64,000 nt of DNA from contig CAYZYK010000001.1 in NCBI GenBank assembly GCA_964482615.1, forward strand, positions 2,144-66,143, written 5' to 3'. Positions 7,823 through 18,235 of the stretch are shown here, piece by piece. This stretch comes from an uncultured Candidatus Saccharibacteria bacterium. GTDB taxonomy: Bacteria; Patescibacteriota; Minisyncoccia; Minisyncoccales; CAYZYK01. Below the pieces are notes generated by a model that searched no databases, was not told where the DNA came from, and saw nothing but the letters and a program-made list of their open reading frames with translations. Position 1 is the stretch's first letter. Each line of letters begins with the position of its first letter. The position numbers were made by a program, and so were the translations under genes.

Positions 7823-10800
7823 TTATTTTTTCTTCTTTTTCTTCTTGTTTTTTTGTATTTTCCGATTATATTTTCGAATTCTTCTCTTTCTATAGTTTCT
7901 TTTTCAATTAAAGTTTGAGCTAACTTATTAAGTAGTTTTTTATTTTTCTTTAAAACCTTTGTTGCTTCTTTTTCAGCAGCCTTTATAAATTTACTTATTT
8001 CTTTATCAATCTTAGAAGCTACTTTTTCAGAATAATCTTTTTGTTCTGCCATTTCATTGCCCAAAAATACCATTTCTTCTTCTGATCCGTAGGTTACAGG
8101 CCCTAGAGAAGACATACCATATTTTTTAACCAATTTACGAGCTAATTGAGTTGCTGTCTTAAGGTCGTTTGATGCTCCGGTAGTTATTTCTCCAAACTTT
8201 ATATTCTCAGCACAATATCCACCCAATAAGGTGGTGAGTTCTGCTGAAAATTCAGACTTAGTTTTCATTTTTTTCTCCTCTCTTGGCATTTTCAAAGTAT
8301 AGCCCGCTGCCATGCCCCTGGCAATTATTGATATTTTCCTAACAGGTTCTGCTTTGGGAGAGAAAGTAGAAGCTAAAGCATGTCCTGCCTCGTGAAAAGC
8401 AGCTATTTTCTTTTCTTGCTCAGACAAAACGTGACTTTTTCTTTCGGGTCCCAAGAGAACCTTTTCAATTGATTCTAATAATTCTTCTTGATGAACTTTA
8501 GATTTGTTTCTTTTTGCAGCAAGTATAGCTGCTTCGTTCATTAAATTGGCTAAATCAGCTCCCGAAAATCCTGGAGTTCTTTCTGCTACTTCTCTTAAAT
8601 TACAATCCGAATCTAAAGGTTTTCCTTTAGAATGAATTTTTAATATCTTTTCTCTGTCATTTATATCAGGTAGATTTAAGACCACTCTCCTGTCAAACCT
8701 CCCTGGTCTCAAAAGAGCGGGGTCTAAGACATCGGGTCTGTTCGTTGCTGCAGCAACGATAATAGAAGATTCTCTCTCAAAACCATCCATTTCAGTTAAA
8801 ATCTGATTCAATGTTTGTTCTCTTTCATCGTGACCCCCACCAATTCCAGCTCCTCTTCTTCTGCCAACAGCATCCAGTTCATCAATGAAAACAATGGCTG
8901 GTTGGTTCTTTTTGGCAGTAGAAAATAAATCTCTTACTCTACTGTTGTGCAAAAGAGTTGGTTTTTCTCCACCAAAGAAAGCTTCATTTTGGCAACCACA
9001 AAGATCATAAACATAGCCAGAGTAGGGTCTTTTTGTAACCTTTTTAACAATTGGTTTCTTGAGTTGATTGGGGGAATTTTTAATTTTTCTAAATGGATGA
9101 GAGGTCTTTCCAATTCTAAGAACCCAATAGGTAGTCTGAGGAAGGGGTCTGTCCTTAGTTTTTCTTCCTTTTTTAGTTTTGGCCTCTCTAATACTTGCTT
9201 GTATTCCATGCATTGCACAAAGCCAAGCTAATTCTTTGATAAGTTGATGACTCACAGAACTGACAGTTAGCCTTCCTTCTTGGGTAGTGTATCCATCTCC
9301 TCTATAAAGCCCCTTTAAATAATTTAAAAAGTAATTTTTGGGTAGTTCCCATAGGAATTCAGGAATATGCTTGTGGTGACTACCATTTCCACAATGTTTT
9401 TCAAAAAATTCTCCCAATACTTTACCAAAAAAAGCAATTCTACAACTATTGTCTTCAGTAAAAGTTACATATGGTTCTTGGTTAGTTAATAATTTATTCA
9501 TTAAAGAAATACAATCTTGATGAAGTTTTTTTTCATGGCTGCCAAATATAAATTCTACTCCATATTCAATTTTTCTTCCTTCAGCGGTATAATATCCTAG
9601 AAGTTTCATTAAAGAGGGGGTGGTTTTTATTTCCTGAGGAATTTCTCTTTCCTGATAATTCTTCGCTAACCAAAGGTCCCTAGGTTGATATTTATTTCTT
9701 TGCCAATTGCTGATTGTTGTTTGAGATACTCCAAGTTGGTCAGCTAATTCATGTTGGTAAACTTTTCCTTGTCTAGCTAAAGCAAAACTAAATTTTTCTT
9801 CTAACTCCTCAATCTCAAAATTTTTATTCCATATCGGTAGAACCTTCTTTTTTGTTTTTTTGAATTGATGAGATTTTACTTTGTGGGTTGTTCCAACTCC
9901 AGGCACAAAAGTACTTCTTACCTTGAAAGGTAAATTAACTAGGATATCTCCAGGATTTAAGTCTTTTGCTTTTTTTGGGGTAATAAGATTTCTAGCTCGC
10001 ACAAACACGCTGTGATCACCGGTGGTTTTAATTTTTCCTCCTAAATATTTAATTTCATAAATTTCATCAACTTTATGGCGATAAACACCTTTTATTTGTT
10101 GCCAACAACTTCTTCCAAAAAACTTCTTAGTTGAGTTTTTAGAAGCACTCCCAAATTTTGTATCTAAAGATTTGTATCCTAAAGTTTTTATCCCTATAAC
10201 TGGAATTACATAATCGTCTTTTTTTTGAGGGTAGAATTGATCAACAAGCTCTGAGATTGGCAAAAGCTTGGTCTCGTTTTCAGTTTTAACTAATATTGGA
10301 GTATCACCAGTTACACTGGCTCCGACTCCGACAAATAACTCAATAAATTCAGAACCAGAAATTGAATAAAAGGGTACTTTAGCTTCGTTTGCTACCGCTC
10401 TGGCTAATAAGGTTTTTCCGGTTCCAGGAGCGCCCACCAGTAGTATTCCTTTAGGAATTCTTGCCCCCATTTTTAAATATTTCTTTGGCTTTTTTAAAAA
10501 ATCAACTACCTCTTTTAATTCTTCTTTGGCGTTTTCAAGTCCTGCAACGTCGTCAAAAGTAACCTTTTCTTTAGTTCCGCCCTTGGCCCCAAACAAACGG
10601 GCTTTTGCTTTCGAAAAATCAAGAGCCTGCATAGCTCCACCCTTAGCGCGCCTTAAGAGCAACCAAAAGAAAATTCCGAAGACAGCCAGAGGTAATATTC
10701 CAAAAATTAATAAAGGAAATAACCAAGAACTTAAACTTTCTTTTTTTTCTTCAACCTCAATTGTTAATTGGTTTGATTCTGTTAATTGGTTTAATTTTTC

Positions 10801-11070
10801 TTTTTCGGTCCCATAGGTTACAAGGGCTTCAAACAGGGGAGTGTCTGATTCTTTTCGGGAGATTGCCTTTTCATCATTTTTGTAGAAAACAGTTAATTCT
10901 TCCCCCGCAACAATAATTTTTTTAACCTCTTCTTGATTAATTTTTTTTGCTAATTCTGTTATACTAATCTTATTTTCGGACTCAAAGGGCTGGGCAACTA
11001 AACTAAAAACGCCTCCGATTATGAGAAAAATCAGGATTATGAAAATAAAGTTTTTAATTAATTTATTCAT
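7813..11070 (-). CDS. ftsH: ATP-dependent zinc metalloprotease FtsH, intein-containing
   Basis: Two N-terminal TMs, GAPGTGKT, FIDELD, DEREQTLNQ, LLRPGRFDR, HEAGH, GASNDL. Confidence 0.97.
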   Translation of the reverse strand: MNKLIKNFIFIILIFLIIGGVFSLVAQPFESENKISITELAKKINQEEVKKIIVAGEELTVFYKNDEKAISRKESDTPLFEALVTYGTEKEKLNQLTESNQLTIEVEEKKESLSSWLFPLLIFGILPLAVFGIFFWLLLRRAKGGAMQALDFSKAKARLFGAKGGTKEKVTFDDVAGLENAKEELKEVVDFLKKPKKYLKMGARIPKGILLVGAPGTGKTLLARAVANEAKVPFYSISGSEFIELFVGVGASVTGDTPILVKTENETKLLPISELVDQFYPQKKDDYVIPVIGIKTLGYKSLDTKFGSASKNSTKKFFGRSCWQQIKGVYRHKVDEIYEIKYLGGKIKTTGDHSVFVRARNLITPKKAKDLNPGDILVNLPFKVRSTFVPGVGTTHKVKSHQFKKTKKKVLPIWNKNFEIEELEEKFSFALARQGKVYQHELADQLGVSQTTISNWQRNKYQPRDLWLAKNYQEREIPQEIKTTPSLMKLLGYYTAEGRKIEYGVEFIFGSHEKKLHQDCISLMNKLLTNQEPYVTFTEDNSCRIAFFGKVLGEFFEKHCGNGSHHKHIPEFLWELPKNYFLNYLKGLYRGDGYTTQEGRLTVSSVSHQLIKELAWLCAMHGIQASIREAKTKKGRKTKDRPLPQTTYWVLRIGKTSHPFRKIKNSPNQLKKPIVKKVTKRPYSGYVYDLCGCQNEAFFGGEKPTLLHNSRVRDLFSTAKKNQPAIVFIDELDAVGRRRGAGIGGGHDEREQTLNQILTEMDGFERESSIIVAAATNRPDVLDPALLRPGRFDRRVVLNLPDINDREKILKIHSKGKPLDSDCNLREVAERTPGFSGADLANLMNEAAILAAKRNKSKVHQEELLESIEKVLLGPERKSHVLSEQEKKIAAFHEAGHALASTFSPKAEPVRKISIIARGMAAGYTLKMPREEKKMKTKSEFSAELTTLLGGYCAENIKFGEITTGASNDLKTATQLARKLVKKYGMSSLGPVTYGSEEEMVFLGNEMAEQKDYSEKVASKIDKEISKFIKAAEKEATKVLKKNKKLLNKLAQTLIEKETIEREEFENIIGKYKKTRRKRRKNKRV
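8944..10317 (-). mobile_element. 458-aa intein in FtsH (Ser1...His-Asn/Ser+1) with HTH and LAGLIDADG domains
   Basis: ELFVGVGA|SVTGDTPILV..TTGDHSVF..LLGYYTAEG..YLKGLYRGDG..YVYDL..LLHN|SRVRDLF. Removal restores FVGVGASRVRDLF. Confidence 0.94.
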
Positions 11071-11170
11071 TCTTTCTTAAAACTAATATTAGACGATTAT
11101 TTTTATCCTCTATGCCTTATACAATAGCAGAAAAATTCTCAGAAATCAACTCTAAATTATAATTAAATTA

Positions 11171-11206
11171 AAAAGAAAAGTCCCCCGCGGGATAGCGCAA
11201 GGGACT
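11171..11206 (-). terminator. Intrinsic terminator of the orphan gene
   Basis: Minus strand AGTCCCTTGCG-CTATCC-CGCGGGGGACT followed by TTTCTTTT. Confidence 0.8.
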
Positions 11207-11210
11207 CGGG

Positions 11211-11941
11211 ATAGACAGGGATTATAGGTTTGTAAGAGGTTAGTTGGCGTTCACGACGTTCTCCAGGAAGCTGATAGCTTTCTGGAACGTCCTAAGAATT
11301 TTATACGTGCGGTTGCCCTCGACTTTCTCCCAGAAGGCTTTCTTTCTCTGGGCAGCCTTCTGTTTGAGGTCGCTTAGGTAGATGCTCTTCTTTTCGCAGG
11401 CAAACTCCAATTCGGCCCAGGCGACGTTAAAGGCCACTTGGTCCAAGATTCGGTATCCCTCCCACACCCGGGGATACATAGCTTTGCACCTTCGCAGAGT
11501 TTCCTCGGGTATGGAACTTGCTGCGGTCCTTCGGGCCCACTCCGTCAAGGAATTGGTACCCTCGATCTCCTCGATTTCCTCAAGAGAACCGGAGATGAGA
11601 AGTTGTTCTATCTCCTTTCTCTGGTCCTCAAAAGAGCTGTAGCAGGCCCCACAGACGATGTCCTGTATTTTCTGCTTCTCCTCCCCGCAGACCGGACAGG
11701 ACCGGATTAGCTTTTCGGCCTCGTCCAGGACCGGGTTGAGCTCTTTCTCAACCCATGCGCGAAGATCTTCGCGGCTGGCGCCGTAGCCCAGATTCTGGGG
11801 AACCTGGGGGTCTTCCTGTCCGTTTATTTCTTTCACGTAAGGGCTTTGCTGATGGGTGTTGGTACCCATTTGATTCTTCCTCCTTGAGGTTGGATTGCGT
11901 CGAAACTACGCTACTGTGGACCTATCCCTATCCCTGTCTAT
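11211..11941. repeat. Inverted repeat pair flanking the orphan ORF (11211-11229 / 11920-11941)
   Basis: ATAGACAGGGAT(T)ATAGGT versus ACCTAT(CCCT)ATCCCTGTCTAT: 12 bp perfect plus 6 bp. Confidence 0.85.
11240..11869 (-). CDS. Orphan hypothetical protein with CxxC-x11-CxxC zinc-ribbon-like motif; high GC
   Basis: 209-aa ORF with CPVC and CGAC, SD AAGGAGG 9 nt before ATG, own promoter and terminator. Confidence 0.8.
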   Translation of the reverse strand: MGTNTHQQSPYVKEINGQEDPQVPQNLGYGASREDLRAWVEKELNPVLDEAEKLIRSCPVCGEEKQKIQDIVCGACYSSFEDQRKEIEQLLISGSLEEIEEIEGTNSLTEWARRTAASSIPEETLRRCKAMYPRVWEGYRILDQVAFNVAWAELEFACEKKSIYLSDLKQKAAQRKKAFWEKVEGNRTYKILRTFQKAISFLENVVNAN

Positions 11942-11957
11942 ATTAGGTACTATTCCT

Positions 11958-11986
11958 ATTATAACTTAAAACAAAAAACTTGTCAA
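11958..11986 (-). promoter_or_regulatory. Consensus sigma70 promoter
   Basis: TTGACA (11986-11981), 17 nt spacer, TATAAT (11963-11958). Confidence 0.85.
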
Positions 11987-12030
11987 GAGTTTAGACAAGT
12001 TAATAGAAATTTATTATTTCCAAAAAGATA

Positions 12031-13107
12031 TTATTCCTCTGTTAAAGTTAAAGTTACTCTATATTGTTCTGGTTCAATTGATAAGATTTTGAATTTGTAT
12101 TTTTTCCCTATTTCCAACGTATTTTCCATTTTTTCTTTTGTTCTAAACTCAGAAATATGACAAAGACCTTGAATTTTAGGGGTGATTTGAACAAAAGCAC
12201 CAAAAGGATTAAACTTTGTGACTTCTCCCTCAACAACATCTCCTTTTTGGTGTTCTTTCTCGAATTCTTTCCAGGGATCCTTTTTCAATCTTTTCAAAGA
12301 CAAGAAAACCTGGTTGTTTTCATCAATTTTAATAATCTGAGCTTGAATAGTATCTCCCACTTTAACTATATCTGAAGGGTCTTCAATTAGTTGCCAATCT
12401 AGTTCTGATATATGACAAAGACCTTCAATTTGAGAAGTTTCTTTTTTTTCTTCTGCTGGGAACTTTATAAACGCTCCAAAATCTGCAATACCACTTATTT
12501 TACCTTTTATTACATCTCCCTCTTTGTATTCTTTCAATACTTCTTTGATTTCCTCTTTTGTTTTTGCTTTTTCAGATAGAATTAATTTATCTTCTTTTTT
12601 GTCCAAATCAAGTATTTTAACTTCTAAAGTTTCTCCAATAAACTCTTGAAGTTTCTTGAGAATCTTTTCTTTATTTCCATCTTCAACTCTTGGATAGTGT
12701 TCTGGTGAAAGCTGGGAAACAGGTAAAAAGGCCTTAATACTTTTTACTTTAGATAAAAGTCCTCCTTTGTTTGCCCCCAGGATTTGGACATCTATAGTTT
12801 CTCCTTTTTTCTTTTTCTCTTTTAATTTTTCCCAAGCCATTTCTTTTTCAGCTTGACTCAGAGAAAGTTCTCTGTATCCATCTTCGTTTTCTAAGTCAAC
12901 TATTTTAGCTGAGACCTTATCTCCCAAATCAACCTTTTTTAAAGAGTCTCTTGCTCTTTGATACTCCCTGCCGTAGATTATACCGGTTCCGTAAAGCCCC
13001 AAATCAACAAAAACAGCAGCTCTGTCTCTAGCTATAATTTCTCCTTCAACTATCTCTCCCACAGAAGGTGGTCCTATTAAATTTTTAGTCTTTTTCATAT
13101 TTTGCAC
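12031..13107 (-). CDS. rpsA: 30S ribosomal protein S1 (four S1 domains)
   Basis: Repeated S1 motifs ANKGGL..AFLPVSQL, DFGAFI..EGLCHISEL, PFGAFV..GLCHISE. Confidence 0.9.
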   Translation of the reverse strand: MQNMKKTKNLIGPPSVGEIVEGEIIARDRAAVFVDLGLYGTGIIYGREYQRARDSLKKVDLGDKVSAKIVDLENEDGYRELSLSQAEKEMAWEKLKEKKKKGETIDVQILGANKGGLLSKVKSIKAFLPVSQLSPEHYPRVEDGNKEKILKKLQEFIGETLEVKILDLDKKEDKLILSEKAKTKEEIKEVLKEYKEGDVIKGKISGIADFGAFIKFPAEEKKETSQIEGLCHISELDWQLIEDPSDIVKVGDTIQAQIIKIDENNQVFLSLKRLKKDPWKEFEKEHQKGDVVEGEVTKFNPFGAFVQITPKIQGLCHISEFRTKEKMENTLEIGKKYKFKILSIEPEQYRVTLTLTEE

Positions 13108-13230
13108 AATAATGACATAATATAATATTATTGCATTTTTTTCAAGTCAACCCCCAAATCAGAAGTTGAATTTTTGTAAAAATTTTGTTAAAATTGAAGA
13201 ATAAAACAAGAATTAAAAAACTGATATACT

Positions 13231-13881
13231 ATGAAAATTACTTGGGCAGGTCAATCCTGCTTTAAAATTATTGTTTCAAAAGGAAGAAAGAAAGTAAAAA
13301 TAGCAATTGATCCCTTTGATAAGAAAGTAGGACTTAAAACACCCTCTTTTTCAGCTGACATTTTACTTGTAACTCATGATCATCACGACCATAATAATAC
13401 AAAAGCCATAAAAGGCAATCCCTTTTTGATTGATGGTCCGGGAGAGTATGAGGTAAAGAAGATTTTTATTAAAGGCATTTCTTCTTTTCATGACGATATT
13501 AAGGGGAAAGAGAGGGGAAAAAACACGATTTATACTATCAGAAATGGGGCAATGACACTATGTCACCTGGGAGACTTGGGACAGAAAGAATTAACCGATT
13601 CACAAGTTGAGAAGATAGGAACAGTTGATATTTTACTTGTTCCCGTAGGGGGAAATTTTACTATTTCAGCCCGAGAAGCTCAAGGCATAATTTCTCAGAT
13701 TGAACCTAAAATTGTTATCCCTATGCATTACAAAATTCCTAAACTTAAAGCAAAATTGGATAGTTTAAACAAATTCTTGAAGGTCATGGGTCAGAATTCA
13801 GTAAAAAAACAACCCAGCCTTTCCATTAAAGAAAAAAAACTGCCCAAAGAAAAAATGGAAATAGTGGTTCTTCATTCCTGA
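13231..13881 (+). CDS. MBL-fold metallo-hydrolase
   Basis: ITWAGQSCF, IDPF, THDHHDHN, HLGDLG, PMHY. Confidence 0.9.
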   Translation: MKITWAGQSCFKIIVSKGRKKVKIAIDPFDKKVGLKTPSFSADILLVTHDHHDHNNTKAIKGNPFLIDGPGEYEVKKIFIKGISSFHDDIKGKERGKNTIYTIRNGAMTLCHLGDLGQKELTDSQVEKIGTVDILLVPVGGNFTISAREAQGIISQIEPKIVIPMHYKIPKLKAKLDSLNKFLKVMGQNSVKKQPSLSIKEKKLPKEKMEIVVLHS

Positions 13882-14315
13882 TGAAAAAAAAAGAGAAATT
13901 AAAAGAATTATTAAAGAAGAGTCAGAAACTATCCAAAAGGAAAAAAGAAGCAATTTTAATTTTAATAGTTGCTATCCTGGCATTAATCCTTGGTTATGTC
14001 TGGTTAAAACAAACCAAACAAAGACTAGAAGAATTCAGAAAAGAAGATTTAAGAGGAGAATATAATATTTCATCAATTAAAAAAGAAATAGAGAAGAACT
14101 TTCAGGAAATAAATCTTCCGGATATTGGGATAGAGAAAGAGAGAGTAGAAAGATTAAGAAAATTGATAGAAGAGAACCCAGAAGAGGCAGAGCTTTTACT
14201 TGAAAGAATAAAACAGGACCCCGAGAAAACAAATCAATTAATAGAAGATTTTGAAAAATCTTTAACAGAAAACGAAGAGAAAAGCTCTGTTGAAAACGAA
14301 CTAAAAAAAGAATAA
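13881..14315 (+). CDS. Hypothetical single-pass membrane protein
   Basis: One hydrophobic helix then a charged helical tail; TGATG-coupled to the upstream gene. Confidence 0.7.
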   Translation: MKKKEKLKELLKKSQKLSKRKKEAILILIVAILALILGYVWLKQTKQRLEEFRKEDLRGEYNISSIKKEIEKNFQEINLPDIGIEKERVERLRKLIEENPEEAELLLERIKQDPEKTNQLIEDFEKSLTENEEKSSVENELKKE

Positions 14316-14317
14316 AA

Positions 14318-16789
14318 ATGGTAAAATCTACAGAACAAAAAAACAAAATAGGCGAGGTTAAAGAGAGGAGAATAACAGAGGAGATGAAAGAAAGTTACAT
14401 TGATTATGCAATGTCTGTTATTATTTCAAGGGCTTTACCCGACGTAAGGGATGGATTGAAACCTGTTCACCGTAGGATTCTTTATGCTATGTACGAGATG
14501 GGACTGAGACACAATGGCAGGTTTAGAAAATCAGCTACTGTGGTTGGTGACACCTTGGGTAAATACCACCCTCACGGCGATGTAGCAGTTTATAATGCTC
14601 TAGTAAGAATGGTACAAGATTTTTCATTAAGATTGCCCCTTATTAGCGGCCAAGGAAACTTTGGGTCTCTTGATTCTGATCCCGCAGCCAGCATGAGATA
14701 TACAGAGTGCAGATTATCTCCAATTGGCGAGGGAATGTTAGCAGATATTGAAAAAGACACCGTTGATTTTATAGATAACTATGATGGAACAAGAAAAGAA
14801 CCCGTTGTTCTTCCTTCTCCCGTTCCTCAACTTTTATTAAACGGAGCTTTAGGAATTGCTGTTGGAATGGCAACCAGCATTCCTCCTCATAATCTATCTG
14901 AAATATGTAATGCTTGTTCTCATCTTATTGACAATCCCGATACTGAAACCTCAGATCTTTTTCAATTCATTAAAGGGCCTGATTTTCCTACTGGGGGAAT
15001 AATTTACAATAAAAAAGGAATGATTTCTGCTTACTCCCAGGGCAAAGGAAAGATTGTTTCCAGGGGAAAGGCTGATATAAAGAAAAAAAAGAAAGGTGGC
15101 GCTCAAATTGTGATTACTGAAATTCCTTATCAAGTTCAAAAGTCCAGCTTGGTTCAGAAAATGGCTGATTTAGTTTCCAACAAGAAGATAAAAGGAATAA
15201 GAGATATTAAAGATCTATCTGACAGGGAGGGTATGAGAATTTTGATAGATGTTAAAAAAGGAACTTCCCCTCGCAGGGTTTTAAATCGTCTCTACAAATT
15301 CACTGATCTTCAAAAGAATTTCTACTTGAATATGTTGGCTTTAGTTGATGGAATCCAACCCAAAATTCTTTCTTTAAGCGAAGCTCTCAATTACTTTATT
15401 GAGCATCGAAAGGAGGTTGTGAAAAGAAGAACTAAATTTGATTTGGAAAAAGCTAAGACAAGAGCTCATATTCTTGAAGGATTAAGTATTGCCATAAAGA
15501 ATATTGATAATGTTATAGCAACAATTAAAAAATCATCTAACAGGGATAAGGCAAAAACTAACTTAAAAAAGAAGTTTAAACTTTCCAACAAACAAGCAGA
15601 AGCTATTTTACAGATGAGGCTCCAATCTTTGGCCAAGCTTGAGAGAGAAAATATTGAGAAAGAACTTAAAGAAATAAAAGAAAAGATTAAAGAGTTAACC
15701 ACTATTCTAAAAAGCAAAAAGAAAATAAAAGGAATTATTAAAAAAGAACTTGAAGAAATAAAGAAAGAATACGGCGATGAAAGAAGAACAGAAGTTATTA
15801 TTGGAGGAATAAAAGAAATAAAAGAAGCAGATCTAGTCCCCCTTCAAGAAACCATTATTACTTTAACCGAAGGAGGTTATATTAAAAGATTAAAGCCCGG
15901 AACCTATAAGATTCAGAAAAGGGGAGGTAAAGGAATAATAGGAATGAAAACTATGAAGGGTGATATAGTAAAACATTTTGTCTCGGCCTCAACCCATGAT
16001 AAACTGCTTTTTTTCACCGACACAGGAAAGGCCTTTCAAACTAAAGTTTATGAGATTCCAGAAGGGAAGAGGGTAGCCCGAGGAAGAGGATTGGTTAACT
16101 TCTTGGATATTTCACCAAGAGAAAATGTACTTTCTTTGGTTCCCTTAAAGAAAGAAGAAGAGAAGGGGATAAAATATTTGGTTATGGTCACCAAAAATGG
16201 TAAAATTAAGAAAACGAAATTAGAGAAATTTAAAAACGTCAGAAGAACTGGAATCAGAGCTATAAAGTTGGGAAAAGGAGATTTGGTAAGAAAAGTCGTA
16301 AAAACAACAGGAAAAGATGAAATAATCTTAATTACCAAGAAAGGAAAATCAATAAGATTCAAAGAAAAAGAAGTAAGATCTATGGGAAGGGCAACTTATG
16401 GCGTAACAGGAATAAAACTGAGAAAGGGAGATGAAGTCATAGGTATGGATGTTATTCATAAAAAAGAAGACAAAAAGACAAAGAAGAAAAAATCAGTATT
16501 GGTAGTTACAGAAAAAGGTTATGGAAAAAGAACTAAACTTTCAAAGTACAGGACCCAAAAAAGAGGTGGAATAGGAATTAAGACAGCAAATATTACCAAA
16601 AAGACAGGAGAGATAGTTATCTCCAAAGTTCTGAGTTCAGAAGAGAAAGATCTGATTGTTATTTCTCGAAGAGGTCAGGTGATAAGAATTAAAATTAATT
16701 CTATCTCAACTCACAACAGAGCCACTCAGGGAGTAAGAATAATGAGATTGAAAGAAGGAGACGAGGTGGCTTCTGGAACCTGTATCTAA
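14318..16789 (+). CDS. gyrA: DNA gyrase subunit A
   Basis: [27 protein letters not shown], GyrA-box QKRGGKG, C-terminal beta-pinwheel repeats. Confidence 0.98.
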   Translation: MVKSTEQKNKIGEVKERRITEEMKESYIDYAMSVIISRALPDVRDGLKPVHRRILYAMYEMGLRHNGRFRKSATVVGDTLGKYHPHGDVAVYNALVRMVQDFSLRLPLISGQGNFGSLDSDPAASMRYTECRLSPIGEGMLADIEKDTVDFIDNYDGTRKEPVVLPSPVPQLLLNGALGIAVGMATSIPPHNLSEICNACSHLIDNPDTETSDLFQFIKGPDFPTGGIIYNKKGMISAYSQGKGKIVSRGKADIKKKKKGGAQIVITEIPYQVQKSSLVQKMADLVSNKKIKGIRDIKDLSDREGMRILIDVKKGTSPRRVLNRLYKFTDLQKNFYLNMLALVDGIQPKILSLSEALNYFIEHRKEVVKRRTKFDLEKAKTRAHILEGLSIAIKNIDNVIATIKKSSNRDKAKTNLKKKFKLSNKQAEAILQMRLQSLAKLERENIEKELKEIKEKIKELTTILKSKKKIKGIIKKELEEIKKEYGDERRTEVIIGGIKEIKEADLVPLQETIITLTEGGYIKRLKPGTYKIQKRGGKGIIGMKTMKGDIVKHFVSASTHDKLLFFTDTGKAFQTKVYEIPEGKRVARGRGLVNFLDISPRENVLSLVPLKKEEEKGIKYLVMVTKNGKIKKTKLEKFKNVRRTGIRAIKLGKGDLVRKVVKTTGKDEIILITKKGKSIRFKEKEVRSMGRATYGVTGIKLRKGDEVIGMDVIHKKEDKKTKKKKSVLVVTEKGYGKRTKLSKYRTQKRGGIGIKTANITKKTGEIVISKVLSSEEKDLIVISRRGQVIRIKINSISTHNRATQGVRIMRLKEGDEVASGTCI

Positions 16790-16802
16790 TTAACTCTATA
16801 TT

Positions 16803-17315
16803 ATGCTTAACCCAGAACAGGTTTTAAATAACCTTCAGTTAAAAGCAAATATGTCAGCTACAGAATTTGGTTCTGGAGCTGGAGGATTCAGTATTCCCCT
16901 AGCTAAAAGACTGAGACAGGGAAAGGTTTATGCTTTGGATATTCTAGAAGAGAAACTATCTGCTTTGAAGAATAAAGCAACCTTAGAAAAAATAGCAAAC
17001 ATTGAAACTATAATTTGTAACTTGGAAGCAGAAAAAGGATCTACCCTGCACAGAGAAAGCCAGGACATAGTTTTAATACCTAATATTTTGTTTCAAGCAG
17101 AAGATGAGGAGTCTATGATGAAAGAAGCTAAAAGAATCTTAAAACAAGGAGGTGAACTCCTTGTTTTAGATTGGAAAAAAGAATCTCCGCTTGGTCCCAG
17201 AGAGGGGAGAATTTCAAAAGAAGAAGTTAAAGAAATTGCAGAGAAAATAGGCTTGAAACTAAAGAAGGAATTTTCACCGGGTGATTACCATTATGGTTTG
17301 ATTTTTACAAAATAA
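16803..17315 (+). CDS. Class I SAM-dependent methyltransferase
   Basis: EFGSGAGGF, VYALDI, RILKQGGELLVLDW. Confidence 0.85.
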   Translation: MLNPEQVLNNLQLKANMSATEFGSGAGGFSIPLAKRLRQGKVYALDILEEKLSALKNKATLEKIANIETIICNLEAEKGSTLHRESQDIVLIPNILFQAEDEESMMKEAKRILKQGGELLVLDWKKESPLGPREGRISKEEVKEIAEKIGLKLKKEFSPGDYHYGLIFTK

Positions 17316-17333
17316 TTAATTTATAATATATTA

Positions 17334-17663
17334 ATGAAAAAATTAATTCTTCTTTTAATAATATTGACCGGTTTATCATTTTTTTCATTTACCGAAGCCG
17401 TTAAAATAAAGAACCCTTTAAATGTTGACACTTTTGACGATCTCATTGATGCAATCGCGGGAATAATTGAATTAATTGTTGGTTCTCTGGCTGTTTTAAT
17501 GTTAATAATTGCTGCGATTTATTTTATTACAGCAGCAGGGGATCTCAACCAGATTAGCCAAGCAAAAACTATGGTAAAATATGCCATAATAGGAGTTATT
17601 ATTGCTTCTATGGCCCGAGCTATAGGGACCGTAGTTGAATCTCTTTTAAAAACAGCTCCCTAA
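17334..17663 (+). CDS. VirB2/TrbC-like small pilin 1
   Basis: Signal-like N-terminus, IKNPL, two TMs around YFITAAGD..SQAK. Confidence 0.8.
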   Translation: MKKLILLLIILTGLSFFSFTEAVKIKNPLNVDTFDDLIDAIAGIIELIVGSLAVLMLIIAAIYFITAAGDLNQISQAKTMVKYAIIGVIIASMARAIGTVVESLLKTAP

Positions 17664-17774
17664 GTTATTAACAGCGCCCTGTTGATAAGTTTCTTAATAT
17701 CCTCTAAAATATTACAATATAAAACCTAAAGGTCGAAATAAAGATTTTATAAATTACAAAAATAAATATTAATC

Positions 17775-18095
17775 ATGAAAAGAATAATATCTACCTTAAT
17801 TCTCAGCAGTCTATTGGCTTTACCTGTCGTGGCTGCAGCTCAAATTGGAGAACCCTCCCCACCCACTGACATTATTGCTATTCTTCAGACAATAAAATCA
17901 ATAATCTGGGCTGCCTTCACTGTTTTTGCTATCATTATGTTTATTTATGCTGGAATACTTTTCTTTACCGCAGGTGGTGATCCCGAAAAAGCAGCCAAAG
18001 CAAAAAGCGCTGTTATTTTCGGTGTAGCTGGAATAGCAATAGCTGTGTTGGGATATGGAATAGTTCAGATCGTTATGGGTATTATGGGTGCTTAA
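17775..18095 (+). CDS. VirB2/TrbC-like small pilin 2
   Basis: Signal peptide; YAGILFFTAGGDPEKAAKAKS between two TMs. Confidence 0.82.
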   Translation: MKRIISTLILSSLLALPVVAAAQIGEPSPPTDIIAILQTIKSIIWAAFTVFAIIMFIYAGILFFTAGGDPEKAAKAKSAVIFGVAGIAIAVLGYGIVQIVMGIMGA

Positions 18096-18235
18096 TACTG
18101 AATTTAAGCTAATTTTTCTAACAACAATGAATTCTAAGCCATGATTTTGAAGGTGGCTTAGAATTCATTTATTATGTATAATAGATTATAATAAAAGTCG
18201 AGTACCATCATTATAATAAGACACAAAGAAAAATC

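Noticed and set aside
11382-11946. Plus-strand ORFs 11382-11642, 11438-11710 and 11755-11946 as antisense genes or antitoxins
   Set aside because: Expected shadow ORFs in GC-richer DNA; promoter, SD and terminator all support the minus-strand ORF only.
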